Source: a virus
Taxonomy: Duplodnaviria; Caudoviricetes
DNA length: 40,375 nucleotides
Reading direction: 5' to 3' (one strand)
Virus record (IMG/VR): IMGVR_UViG_3300015050_000784
Location: 1-40,375 of that record
A program made the translations under genes and the position numbers. How positions within the stretch are numbered: position 1 is the first letter of the stretch; the number at the start of each line of letters is the position of its first letter. This document shows, one piece after another, positions 34,311-40,375 of the stretch. Below the pieces are notes generated by a model. It had not been told where the DNA came from, did not search any database, and saw only the letters and a program-made list of their open reading frames with translations.

Positions 34311-34918
34311 CGCAGAGCCCTCAAGCGCTCAACCTTTTCCGCCAGATCGGCAAGGAACTCAGACACCGCCTCCTCCATGTTGCTGATAGTGTCTTCGTCT
34401 CGATCATAGCGGGCGACGAACATTTGCAGTTCAGGCGGCATACGGGGATCGAATGAAACGAAGTCGCACCATTGACGGCCCGTGCAGGCCATCTGAAAGG
34501 CCATCTGGATTTGATACTTTCCCGGAATCTCGCCAGACAAAAGCGTCTCAATGTGAGTCGCCGTATTCGGACACTTGATCTCGATAAGCCCCTCAGTTCC
34601 GACAAGACCGTCGGGTGACGCGCCCGCCATTTCCAGGGTCGGGTGCAGAACGAAATCGACCTGCTCCACGGCCACGAACCTATCGGCCTCGTAAGCCTCT
34701 CTGGCGGCTGCTTCGTTATCTACGCCCCACTGCATCGCCGCGTTGGTGAAAGACGGCTCCACGGTCCCCGTAAGGCGTTCTGCGACCAACTGCGCCATGT
34801 AGTTAGCGCGGGAGGCCGACGGGCCGGTCTTGGTCTTGGCGAGGATGTCAGCGACACGAGAGGCCGTAACCTTCCCGCACCGCTTCGCAAACCACGCTGC
34901 TGAGCCCTGATCGCTCAT
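34304..34918 (-). CDS. YqaJ/lambda-type exonuclease
   Basis: QGS..W...R.GKVTAS, AMQWG...E, GASPDGLV, IEIKCP, WCDFVSFDPR. Confidence 0.93.
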   Translation of the reverse strand: MSDQGSAAWFAKRCGKVTASRVADILAKTKTGPSASRANYMAQLVAERLTGTVEPSFTNAAMQWGVDNEAAAREAYEADRFVAVEQVDFVLHPTLEMAGASPDGLVGTEGLIEIKCPNTATHIETLLSGEIPGKYQIQMAFQMACTGRQWCDFVSFDPRMPPELQMFVARYDRDEDTISNMEEAVSEFLADLAEKVERLRALRC

Positions 34919-35517
34919 GATCCCACTCGCAGTTCTGTATAGAGGTCTTCCAGCTTTTTGAAGCGTTCGGGGTCGTCGGTCTCAAGCAGGGCCATCAGCG
35001 ATGAGCCCAGAGCCCACGACTTATCCAGATCACCGGCCGGAGCCTCACGCAAAGCCTTCTCTAGTGCGTCCGCACGGGCAGACAGGGGCTTAGCTGGCGC
35101 TTGTGCCTTGGGGGCGGCCTGCGGCTGATTGCGCGACATGGCCGCTTCTCCATCGTCATCAACGGCGGCGATATTAAGCATCGCCATGAGGCTGTAGCGT
35201 CTAGCATAGCTAACCGCCGACCCCGCGCCCTGTGGATCAACCTTGCCCATCGGCAGGCTGAAATCTGTTTCAATCCACTCTCCGCTTTCGTGAAGCAGGC
35301 GAGTGGTCAAGGTGATAGCGTTTCCGTCCAACGGGCCGGGTCCTTGAAGGACAGTCAGGCCGTTTTCAGACAATGGCCCGTGCGAGGCCTCGATAACGCC
35401 CTCAAGCGTGGCGTGTTTGCCAAAGTTTCCCTTGGCGTCCTTTTTCACCCCGTCCATTGCGTTGATTGCCTTAACCAAAGCGGGGGCGATTTTGCTCAGC
35501 GTTTCTGACGTTCTCAT
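34915..35517 (-). CDS. erf: ERF-family single-strand annealing protein
   Basis: LTTRLLHESGEWI, DPQGAGSAVSYARRYSL...DDDG. Confidence 0.92.
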   Translation of the reverse strand: MRTSETLSKIAPALVKAINAMDGVKKDAKGNFGKHATLEGVIEASHGPLSENGLTVLQGPGPLDGNAITLTTRLLHESGEWIETDFSLPMGKVDPQGAGSAVSYARRYSLMAMLNIAAVDDDGEAAMSRNQPQAAPKAQAPAKPLSARADALEKALREAPAGDLDKSWALGSSLMALLETDDPERFKKLEDLYTELRVGS

Positions 35518-35978
35518 TTCCACGTTTCCTGGCGAGCGATCTTGCTAATCGTCGCTGTGGTTAGCCCATAGCGGGCGCTTAAATCTTTAAGGTAAACGCC
35601 CTCGGCTCTGAGCCTACGGATTTCCTCAACGTCGGGCCAAGTGATTTTGGCTTTATTGTTCCGTTCGCCGGTCGGTTGATTGCCTCGGCCTTTTGCCTCT
35701 TTATCCGCGTTATTGTCGGCGACCGTTCCAAGGAAAAGGTGGTCAGGGTTAATGCACTCGCGGATATCGCATCGATGCAAGACGCACAAACCAGACGGCA
35801 CAGGCCCCCTAAAGGCTAGCCACGATGCCCGATGAGCTCTTACGGTTCGCTTTCTGCCCACAACGGATAAGTGGCCGTATCCGGTTTTAAGGCTTCGGGT
35901 CCACAGCCAGCACCCGCCGTTCGTGTCAAACTCGACGGCTTCCAAAAGCCGATCTGACAATGGCCGCCCTTTAGGCAT
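35514..35978 (-). CDS. HNH endonuclease (homing type) with a C-terminal HTH
   Basis: GCWLW, RAHRASW, VLHRCD...CINPDHLFLGT..DN..D. Confidence 0.9.
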   Translation of the reverse strand: MPKGRPLSDRLLEAVEFDTNGGCWLWTRSLKTGYGHLSVVGRKRTVRAHRASWLAFRGPVPSGLCVLHRCDIRECINPDHLFLGTVADNNADKEAKGRGNQPTGERNNKAKITWPDVEEIRRLRAEGVYLKDLSARYGLTTATISKIARQETWK

Positions 35979-36195
35979 CTTCACTCCATTTCTGTTGAGC
36001 CTCTACAGCAGCCTTAAGGGATGCAAGAGCGGCTTGGTGGTCGGAGGAGTCGGAGTCTTCCAGAAACCGAATCCATGCCTGAGCCTCTTTAGGCTCGGCG
36101 GGAAAGTGGGGGCCGGTCCAGTACCTGAGGAACACTCGGCCGTCCTCATGAACCGCAAAGGGTGCTGAGGGAGGGAGGGGGAGGAATGCCCTCAC
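35971..36195 (-). CDS. Hypothetical protein
   Basis: Coupled ORF. Confidence 0.55.
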   Translation of the reverse strand: MRAFLPLPPSAPFAVHEDGRVFLRYWTGPHFPAEPKEAQAWIRFLEDSDSSDHQAALASLKAAVEAQQKWSEDA

Positions 36196-36455
36196 TTTGC
36201 CTCTCGCGTCTGGCGCATCAGGTCATGCAGCGAAACGGTCGTTGCCTCGGCCATCGCTTGCTCAAAGTCGTTGATGTATTTCCGCTTAAAACGCTTGGCG
36301 TGATAGCGGCGAAAAGCCTTTGCCATAGCCTTTGCTTGCTCACCGTATTCGTCGCCTTCATGGCAGGCTTCGTAAAAGCCCTCTCTATCTTGGATGGCGT
36401 AGATGAGGGCTTGCTCGATAAGCTCCTCAACGGTCCATTTCATTTGAGTGCTCAC
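36192..36455 (-). CDS. Hypothetical protein
   Basis: Coupled ORF. Confidence 0.6.
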   Translation of the reverse strand: MSTQMKWTVEELIEQALIYAIQDREGFYEACHEGDEYGEQAKAMAKAFRRYHAKRFKRKYINDFEQAMAEATTVSLHDLMRQTREAK

Positions 36456-36775
36456 GGCATCATCCCCAACCGCGTCAGAATATGCCCGCGCTCAGCCGTC
36501 AGCTTGACGAACTCCGGCTCATACTGAGACCAACGCTTCTTGTTCTTCTTCAGCCTGTCGATCTGCGTTTTCAGGAACTCACGACGGCGAGAGACGATCT
36601 CAAGCCTGCGTTCCAGATCAGCCGGAAGCTCAGGACCGGCCATACGAGCAAGACGGGCTAGGCGTTCAGTCTCTCCACGGGCTTGATCGAAGGCGGTGTT
36701 CTTGGGGGCTTCCGTGGGCTTTCCGAGAAGCCATTTGAAGTTCTGGAACGGCATCCATGTGGGCATGAACTTCAT
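36452..36775 (-). CDS. Hypothetical protein
   Basis: Likely start MKFMPTW at 36775 (ATGA overlap). Confidence 0.55.
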   Translation of the reverse strand: MKFMPTWMPFQNFKWLLGKPTEAPKNTAFDQARGETERLARLARMAGPELPADLERRLEIVSRRREFLKTQIDRLKKNKKRWSQYEPEFVKLTAERGHILTRLGMMP

Positions 36776-36948
36776 TGGTCGTTCCCCGTGACAATAGCCC
36801 CGGCCGCAATGGCGAGAACCAAGGGCCAAAGAGCCACCACAAGAAGGGCGGTGACGGGCTTTCCATAAAGGGTTTTGGCGCTGGCCCCCACGAGAAACCC
36901 GCCAACCAAAACGTAGGCAATGCAACCAACCCAAACAAACTCGTTCAT
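36772..36948 (-). CDS. Small two-TM membrane protein, 58 aa (not in ORF track)
   Basis: MNEFVWVGCIAYVLVGGFLVG...LLVVALWPLVLAIAAG; coupled on both sides. Confidence 0.6.
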   Translation of the reverse strand: MNEFVWVGCIAYVLVGGFLVGASAKTLYGKPVTALLVVALWPLVLAIAAGAIVTGNDQ

Positions 36949-37130
36949 CTTCCATTCTCCAACTTATTGATAGCGTCCGACAGAGCGTTAAGCAGGCTGT
37001 CAAGGCGTTTGATTTCTTCCGGTGTCGCGCTGGCAATGCGCTCAATGCTGCGGACTCCAAAGGCGAGGTCTGAAATTCCACGCTCGCAGGACTGTGCGAT
37101 AGGGATGTATGCGGTTTCTGTGTCGATCAT
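36945..37130 (-). CDS. Hypothetical protein
   Basis: Coupled ORF; GGAG RBS. Confidence 0.55.
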   Translation of the reverse strand: MIDTETAYIPIAQSCERGISDLAFGVRSIERIASATPEEIKRLDSLLNALSDAINKLENGR

Positions 37131-37390
37131 CCCGCCATCTCCTCTTCGATCAGCGCCAGAATCAGCGCGGCCTCTGCCTCATCATTCTTCCGCGTTCCGC
37201 TTGCCATCATTGCAATGTCAAACGGTTGGTCATCCGTCATGTTGAGAGACTTGCAGAAGGCTGCGGTTTTCTCCGCGATGGCTTCCAGTTCACGGACACG
37301 ATCCCAAGCCTCTTGCCGAGACGCGTCGTTAGCGCCGTGGCGGTCTTGATAATCCCGCATGAACTCATTTACGGCTCCGAAGACGGTCAT
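37127..37390 (-). CDS. Hypothetical protein
   Basis: MTVFGAVNEF...; ATGA overlap. Confidence 0.55.
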   Translation of the reverse strand: MTVFGAVNEFMRDYQDRHGANDASRQEAWDRVRELEAIAEKTAAFCKSLNMTDDQPFDIAMMASGTRKNDEAEAALILALIEEEMAG

Positions 37391-37563
37391 TGATCCCGCT
37401 CCTTCCATGCATCTTTTGCGCGGTCTGCCATGTCTGCGATGCGGTCTGTCATGGCGTCGTAGGCCTGTGCTTCTGCCTCGGCGCGAGCTTCGTCCTCGCT
37501 CATGCCTTGCTCTTCATAGAGTCCGGTCAAACGCTCCAACTCTTCAATGTAAATCTCTTTCAT
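37387..37563 (-). CDS. Acidic small protein, first gene of the leftward early operon, 58 aa (not in ORF track)
   Basis: Strong AAGGAG RBS; MKEIYIEELERLTGLYEEQGMSEDEARAEAE... Confidence 0.7.
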   Translation of the reverse strand: MKEIYIEELERLTGLYEEQGMSEDEARAEAEAQAYDAMTDRIADMADRAKDAWKERDQ

Positions 37564-37673
37564 CTGCTCTCTCCTTGTTGAAGCCAGAGAACCACGCCGC
37601 CGCGCTGGTGTCTAGAACTTTCTGCACAAAAATGCGGATTGCAAACGATCCGCCCCGCGTCTATGGTGTCGTC
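37564..37673. promoter_or_regulatory. Divergent early promoter region
   Basis: Rightward TTGCAA(37639)-17 nt-TATGGT(37662)-6 nt-ATG; leftward weak TAGACA-17 nt-TTCTCT. Confidence 0.55.
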
Positions 37674-37853
37674 ATGACTGACTGGAAATCACAACTCACC
37701 GAAGCCGAAGCAGAAAACCTCGCTCAATGGGAGGCGGATATGCAGGACTTCAAGGACAAGGCCGCTATCTATGTGGTCTGGAAACGCAGGCTTGCCGACA
37801 AGGTGCGAGCCAGGATCAGGAAGGCGGCGTTCCTCGCTAGGTCTGAGCCATGA
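37674..37853 (+). CDS. Small hypothetical protein, first gene of the rightward operon (probably leaderless)
   Basis: MTDWKSQLTEAE...; stop overlaps the next ATG. Confidence 0.6.
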   Translation: MTDWKSQLTEAEAENLAQWEADMQDFKDKAAIYVVWKRRLADKVRARIRKAAFLARSEP

Positions 37854-38167
37854 CCCTTCGCCCGCTCAAATATAAGAACATCCGCACTGCCCTTGACGGG
37901 ATCGTCTTCGACTCACAACGGGAAGCGAAACGATACGGCGAACTCAAGTTGCTGGAACGCGCTGGCGAGATCAGCGGCTTACAGCTTCAGCCTCGTTTTC
38001 CCATTGTCATAAACGGCGTGAAGGTCTGCACCTATGTCGCGGACTTCCAATACCGCACGCCATCAGGACCCGTTACAGAAGACGTCAAGGGGATGAAGAC
38101 GCCGATCTACAATCTGAAAAAGAAGCTCGTTAAAGCCGTTCACGGCATTGAGATTTTGGAGTCGTGA
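37850..38167 (+). CDS. DUF1064-family (PD-(D/E)xK-like nuclease) protein
   Basis: KY.N.....DGI.FDS..EA.RY..LKLL...GEI..L.LQP.F...YVADF.Y......EDVKG..T..Y.LKKKL. Confidence 0.88.
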   Translation: MTLRPLKYKNIRTALDGIVFDSQREAKRYGELKLLERAGEISGLQLQPRFPIVINGVKVCTYVADFQYRTPSGPVTEDVKGMKTPIYNLKKKLVKAVHGIEILES

Positions 38168-38835
38168 TGCGTGAAGAAATCATAGGCGACTGCCGTCTGA
38201 TCCTTGGCGACTGCCGCGACATACTGCCGACCCTTGGGCCGGTGGATGCGGTTGTGACTGATCCGCCGTATGGGATCGCTTCGACATGGAAGGGGGGTTT
38301 TAGCGGCAAGCACGGATGGGGCAAGGCTAAGGGGGAGGCCGATCTTCGTAACGAATGGGATGACGAAGCCCCCAGCGCGGACCTATTTGACGGTTTGCGC
38401 GCCATGAGCCGCGAACAGATAATTTGGGGCGGAAACTATTTCCCCCTGCCGCCTTCCCGTTGCTGGCTGGTCTGGAACAAACCAGAGCGCAATTTTACGC
38501 TGGCCGAAGCCGAATTAGCTTGGACAAACCGAGATAGCGTGGTCCGTGTGTTTGACAGTCCTCGCTCAGAGCCGGGACGTTTGCACCCGACGCAAAAGCC
38601 GGTGGCGGTCATGGCGTGGTCAGTCGAAAAGACCAAAGGAACCGTCCTTGACCCATTCATGGGTTCAGGCACGACCGGCGTTGCATGCGTCAATCTCGGC
38701 CGCTCTTTCATCGGCATTGAGCGCGAAGAGACCTACTTCGACATCGCGCTAAGGCGGATAGAGGAGGCTTACCGCCAACCCCGCCTATTCGCAGAGCCTA
38801 TCGCCAAGCCCATTCAAGAGGCGCTAGACTTGTGA
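38164..38835 (+). CDS. DNA N4-cytosine/N6-adenine methyltransferase (beta class)
   Basis: VTDPPYG ... HPTQKP ... VLDPFMGSGTTG. Confidence 0.92.
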   Translation: MMREEIIGDCRLILGDCRDILPTLGPVDAVVTDPPYGIASTWKGGFSGKHGWGKAKGEADLRNEWDDEAPSADLFDGLRAMSREQIIWGGNYFPLPPSRCWLVWNKPERNFTLAEAELAWTNRDSVVRVFDSPRSEPGRLHPTQKPVAVMAWSVEKTKGTVLDPFMGSGTTGVACVNLGRSFIGIEREETYFDIALRRIEEAYRQPRLFAEPIAKPIQEALDL

Positions 38836-39200
38836 ACCGCCAGCCCGTCGAACTTGATCCCCGCAAGGGAATGACCCCAGCGCGTCGCCGCCGCATCTTG
38901 GCTCACCACGGAGGAATGTGCGCCTATCCCGATTGCTTCGTCTGCACGGACCTTGAGATAGACCACGTTATCGCACTGGCCCTCGGCGGTAAGGATTCCG
39001 ACGAAAACTTGGAGCCTCTTTGCCGTCACCACCACGGCATGAAGACCCGACGAGACGTGAAGATGATTGCGAAGGCCAAGCGCCTGATCCGCAAGTCTTC
39101 AGCAGAGACACGCAAGCCATCGACCCTTCGCGGTCGCCCATTCCAAACCGGCATAAAGCAGAAGATCGCAAGCCGTCCATTTCAGAAGAGGAAGCCATGA
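38832..39200 (+). CDS. HNH endonuclease domain protein
   Basis: C...C....EIDHVIAL.LGG.D...NL..LC..HH..KT. Confidence 0.85.
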   Translation: MNRQPVELDPRKGMTPARRRRILAHHGGMCAYPDCFVCTDLEIDHVIALALGGKDSDENLEPLCRHHHGMKTRRDVKMIAKAKRLIRKSSAETRKPSTLRGRPFQTGIKQKIASRPFQKRKP

Positions 39201-39541
39201 GAAAATCGGCCAGAAGCGTTATCGAGGAGGTTGCCGCAAGGTACGGGCTGCAATTGAAAGACATGCAGAGCCCGGCCAGATACCGTCGCCTCGCATGGCC
39301 TAGGCAGGAGGCCTATTTTGAGGCCTATGTGCAATGTCCACACATTAGCCTTCCTGCGATTGGAAGAATTCTGGGCGGACGTGACCACACCACGATCAGA
39401 ACCGGCATAATTCATCACGCTCGACGGATTGGTCTGGACTATGAAGACATCAAGAGGTCTGGACCTGTCGCGCCTCGCTTCAGCCCCCGTTTAACGATCC
39501 CCGCATCTGCGGCTGATTATCGCGAAGCGGCCCGCCTGTGA
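39197..39541 (+). CDS. Stand-alone DnaA C-terminal (domain IV-like) HTH protein
   Basis: VIEEVA..YG.......R...AWPRQ.A......SLPAIGRILGGRDHTTI. Confidence 0.85.
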   Translation: MRKSARSVIEEVAARYGLQLKDMQSPARYRRLAWPRQEAYFEAYVQCPHISLPAIGRILGGRDHTTIRTGIIHHARRIGLDYEDIKRSGPVAPRFSPRLTIPASAADYREAARL

Positions 39542-39708
39542 GCCCGTATAACCCACTCGCCCGACGTGGCCGCAAGTCCATTGACGGCATTCCGACTCCT
39601 ACAGGCAAGGATGAGGAACTAGCCCGCCGAGCCCAAGACGATTCTTTCCGTCGCCATCTCGCACTCCACGCCCATCTCTTCCCAACACAAACCCCTAAGG
39701 AGAACTAA
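39538..39708 (+). CDS. Hypothetical protein, 56 aa (not in ORF track)
   Basis: GTGA overlap; fills the gap up to the next RBS. Confidence 0.4.
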   Translation: MSPYNPLARRGRKSIDGIPTPTGKDEELARRAQDDSFRRHLALHAHLFPTQTPKEN

Positions 39709-39711
39709 CCA

Positions 39712-40005
39712 ATGGCCTACGAGCAACGCCCCGGCGACATCGCCATCTTCAAAGAGACCGACAAAAAGAACGAGAAGGGTCCTGACTGGAAAGGAACCAT
39801 GATCGTCCCTGAAGCCGCCAAGCCCGGCGATAAGCTGGAAGTGGCTTTCTGGGCCAAGGGAGACCGTGGGACCATGCTGGCGGGTTCTGCCAAGCCGGGA
39901 CGCTCTAGGGATGACCGTGAGGCCGTCAAAAGCGATGGTCGCGGAGGTTCTGGCGATATGGCCGGGCGCGGTGGTTACGACCGTGACGACGGAATCCCGT
40001 TCTGA
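39712..40005 (+). CDS. Putative single-stranded DNA-binding protein
   Basis: AAGGAG RBS; KNEKGPDWKG; acidic tail DDGIPF. Confidence 0.7.
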   Translation: MAYEQRPGDIAIFKETDKKNEKGPDWKGTMIVPEAAKPGDKLEVAFWAKGDRGTMLAGSAKPGRSRDDREAVKSDGRGGSGDMAGRGGYDRDDGIPF

Positions 40006-40014
40006 ATAAAACTC

Positions 40015-40051
40015 AGCCCCCGGAGCGCGATTGCACCGGGGGCTTTGTTTT
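40015..40051 (+). terminator. Rho-independent terminator
   Basis: AGCCCCCGG...CCGGGGGCT followed by TTGTTTT. Confidence 0.75.
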
Positions 40052-40179
40052 GATACAACGGCTGCGTCAGGTTTCAGCCAAGTCACCCGACACCCAATCA
40101 CCGGCTATGTGGAGCCAGACGTGACCATGCGGATATACCGCGATAGAGATACGCTTTCAAGCCCGCGAGGTTCATCCGC

Positions 40180-40375
40180 GTGGCATTGAGCGCTTCCACA
40201 ATCGAGCTTTTTTTTTCCTTCGGCCTGTCTCCTCAACAGGTCGCAGAGGCGCTTGCGGCTATACAGCAAGACATGGGTCCGACCGCCAGACAGGCGCGCA
40301 ATCGGCGTTACTATGAGGCACACAAGGCGTCTGAAAAGCGTCTTAATCCGTCTGAATCAGTCGTTTCAGACGATC
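40180..40375 (+). CDS. Replication initiator, 5' part (truncated by the window end; not in ORF track)
   Basis: GAGG RBS, GTG start, open to the end: MALSASTIELFFSFGLSPQQVAEAL...ARQARNRRYYEAHK then iteron-like repeats. Confidence 0.6.
   Translation, partial: MALSASTIELFFSFGLSPQQVAEALAAIQQDMGPTARQARNRRYYEAHKASEKRLNPSESVVSDD
40328..40372. repeat. Iteron-like repeats (candidate replication origin)
   Basis: CGTCTGAA at 40328 and 40349, CGTCTTAA at 40339, inverted TTCAGACG at 40365. Confidence 0.6.

Noticed and set aside
40208-40216. T9 tract as a phase-variation or frameshift site in the initiator
   Set aside because: The frame is intact (LFFS) and nothing else supports slippage; read-level data would be needed.

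Overview
The window is a near-complete ~40 kb tailed phage genome with a podovirus-type (P22-like) tail. The host is probably an alphaproteobacterium such as a Caulobacteraceae member; this is inferred from gene content only. The sequence is opened inside the replication module: it ends in the 5' part of a probable replication initiator containing iteron-like repeats and begins at a probable helicase loader. Layout: replication and accessory genes with a C5 methyltransferase, SLOG, Ead/Ea22 and Lar-like genes (1-7.5 kb, +); terminase, portal, GroES, scaffold, capsid, P22 gp10-like tail, ejection proteins and tailspike (7.6-29.4 kb, +); a lysis region interrupted by an HNH endonuclease (29.4-32.5 kb); a leftward early operon with ERF, a YqaJ exonuclease and an HNH (37.6 to 32.8 kb, -); and a rightward early operon with DUF1064, an N4/N6 methylase, HNH, a DnaA-C-like protein and an SSB-like protein (37.7-40.4 kb, +). 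No integrase or CI-type repressor is visible. The most notable observations are: (1) a ~300-nt highly structured, pseudoknotted, multi-T-loop non-coding RNA candidate at 32513-32811 (-); (2) a second, 98-nt tRNA-like cloverleaf at 31309-31406 (-); (3) a C5 methyltransferase apparently split between two overlapping reading frames; (4) two proline-rich micro-ORFs coupled to a multi-TM protein at the head of the lysis cassette; (5) an orphaned holin-like C-terminus displaced by a homing endonuclease. All product calls come from motif recognition and gene order, not from database searches.
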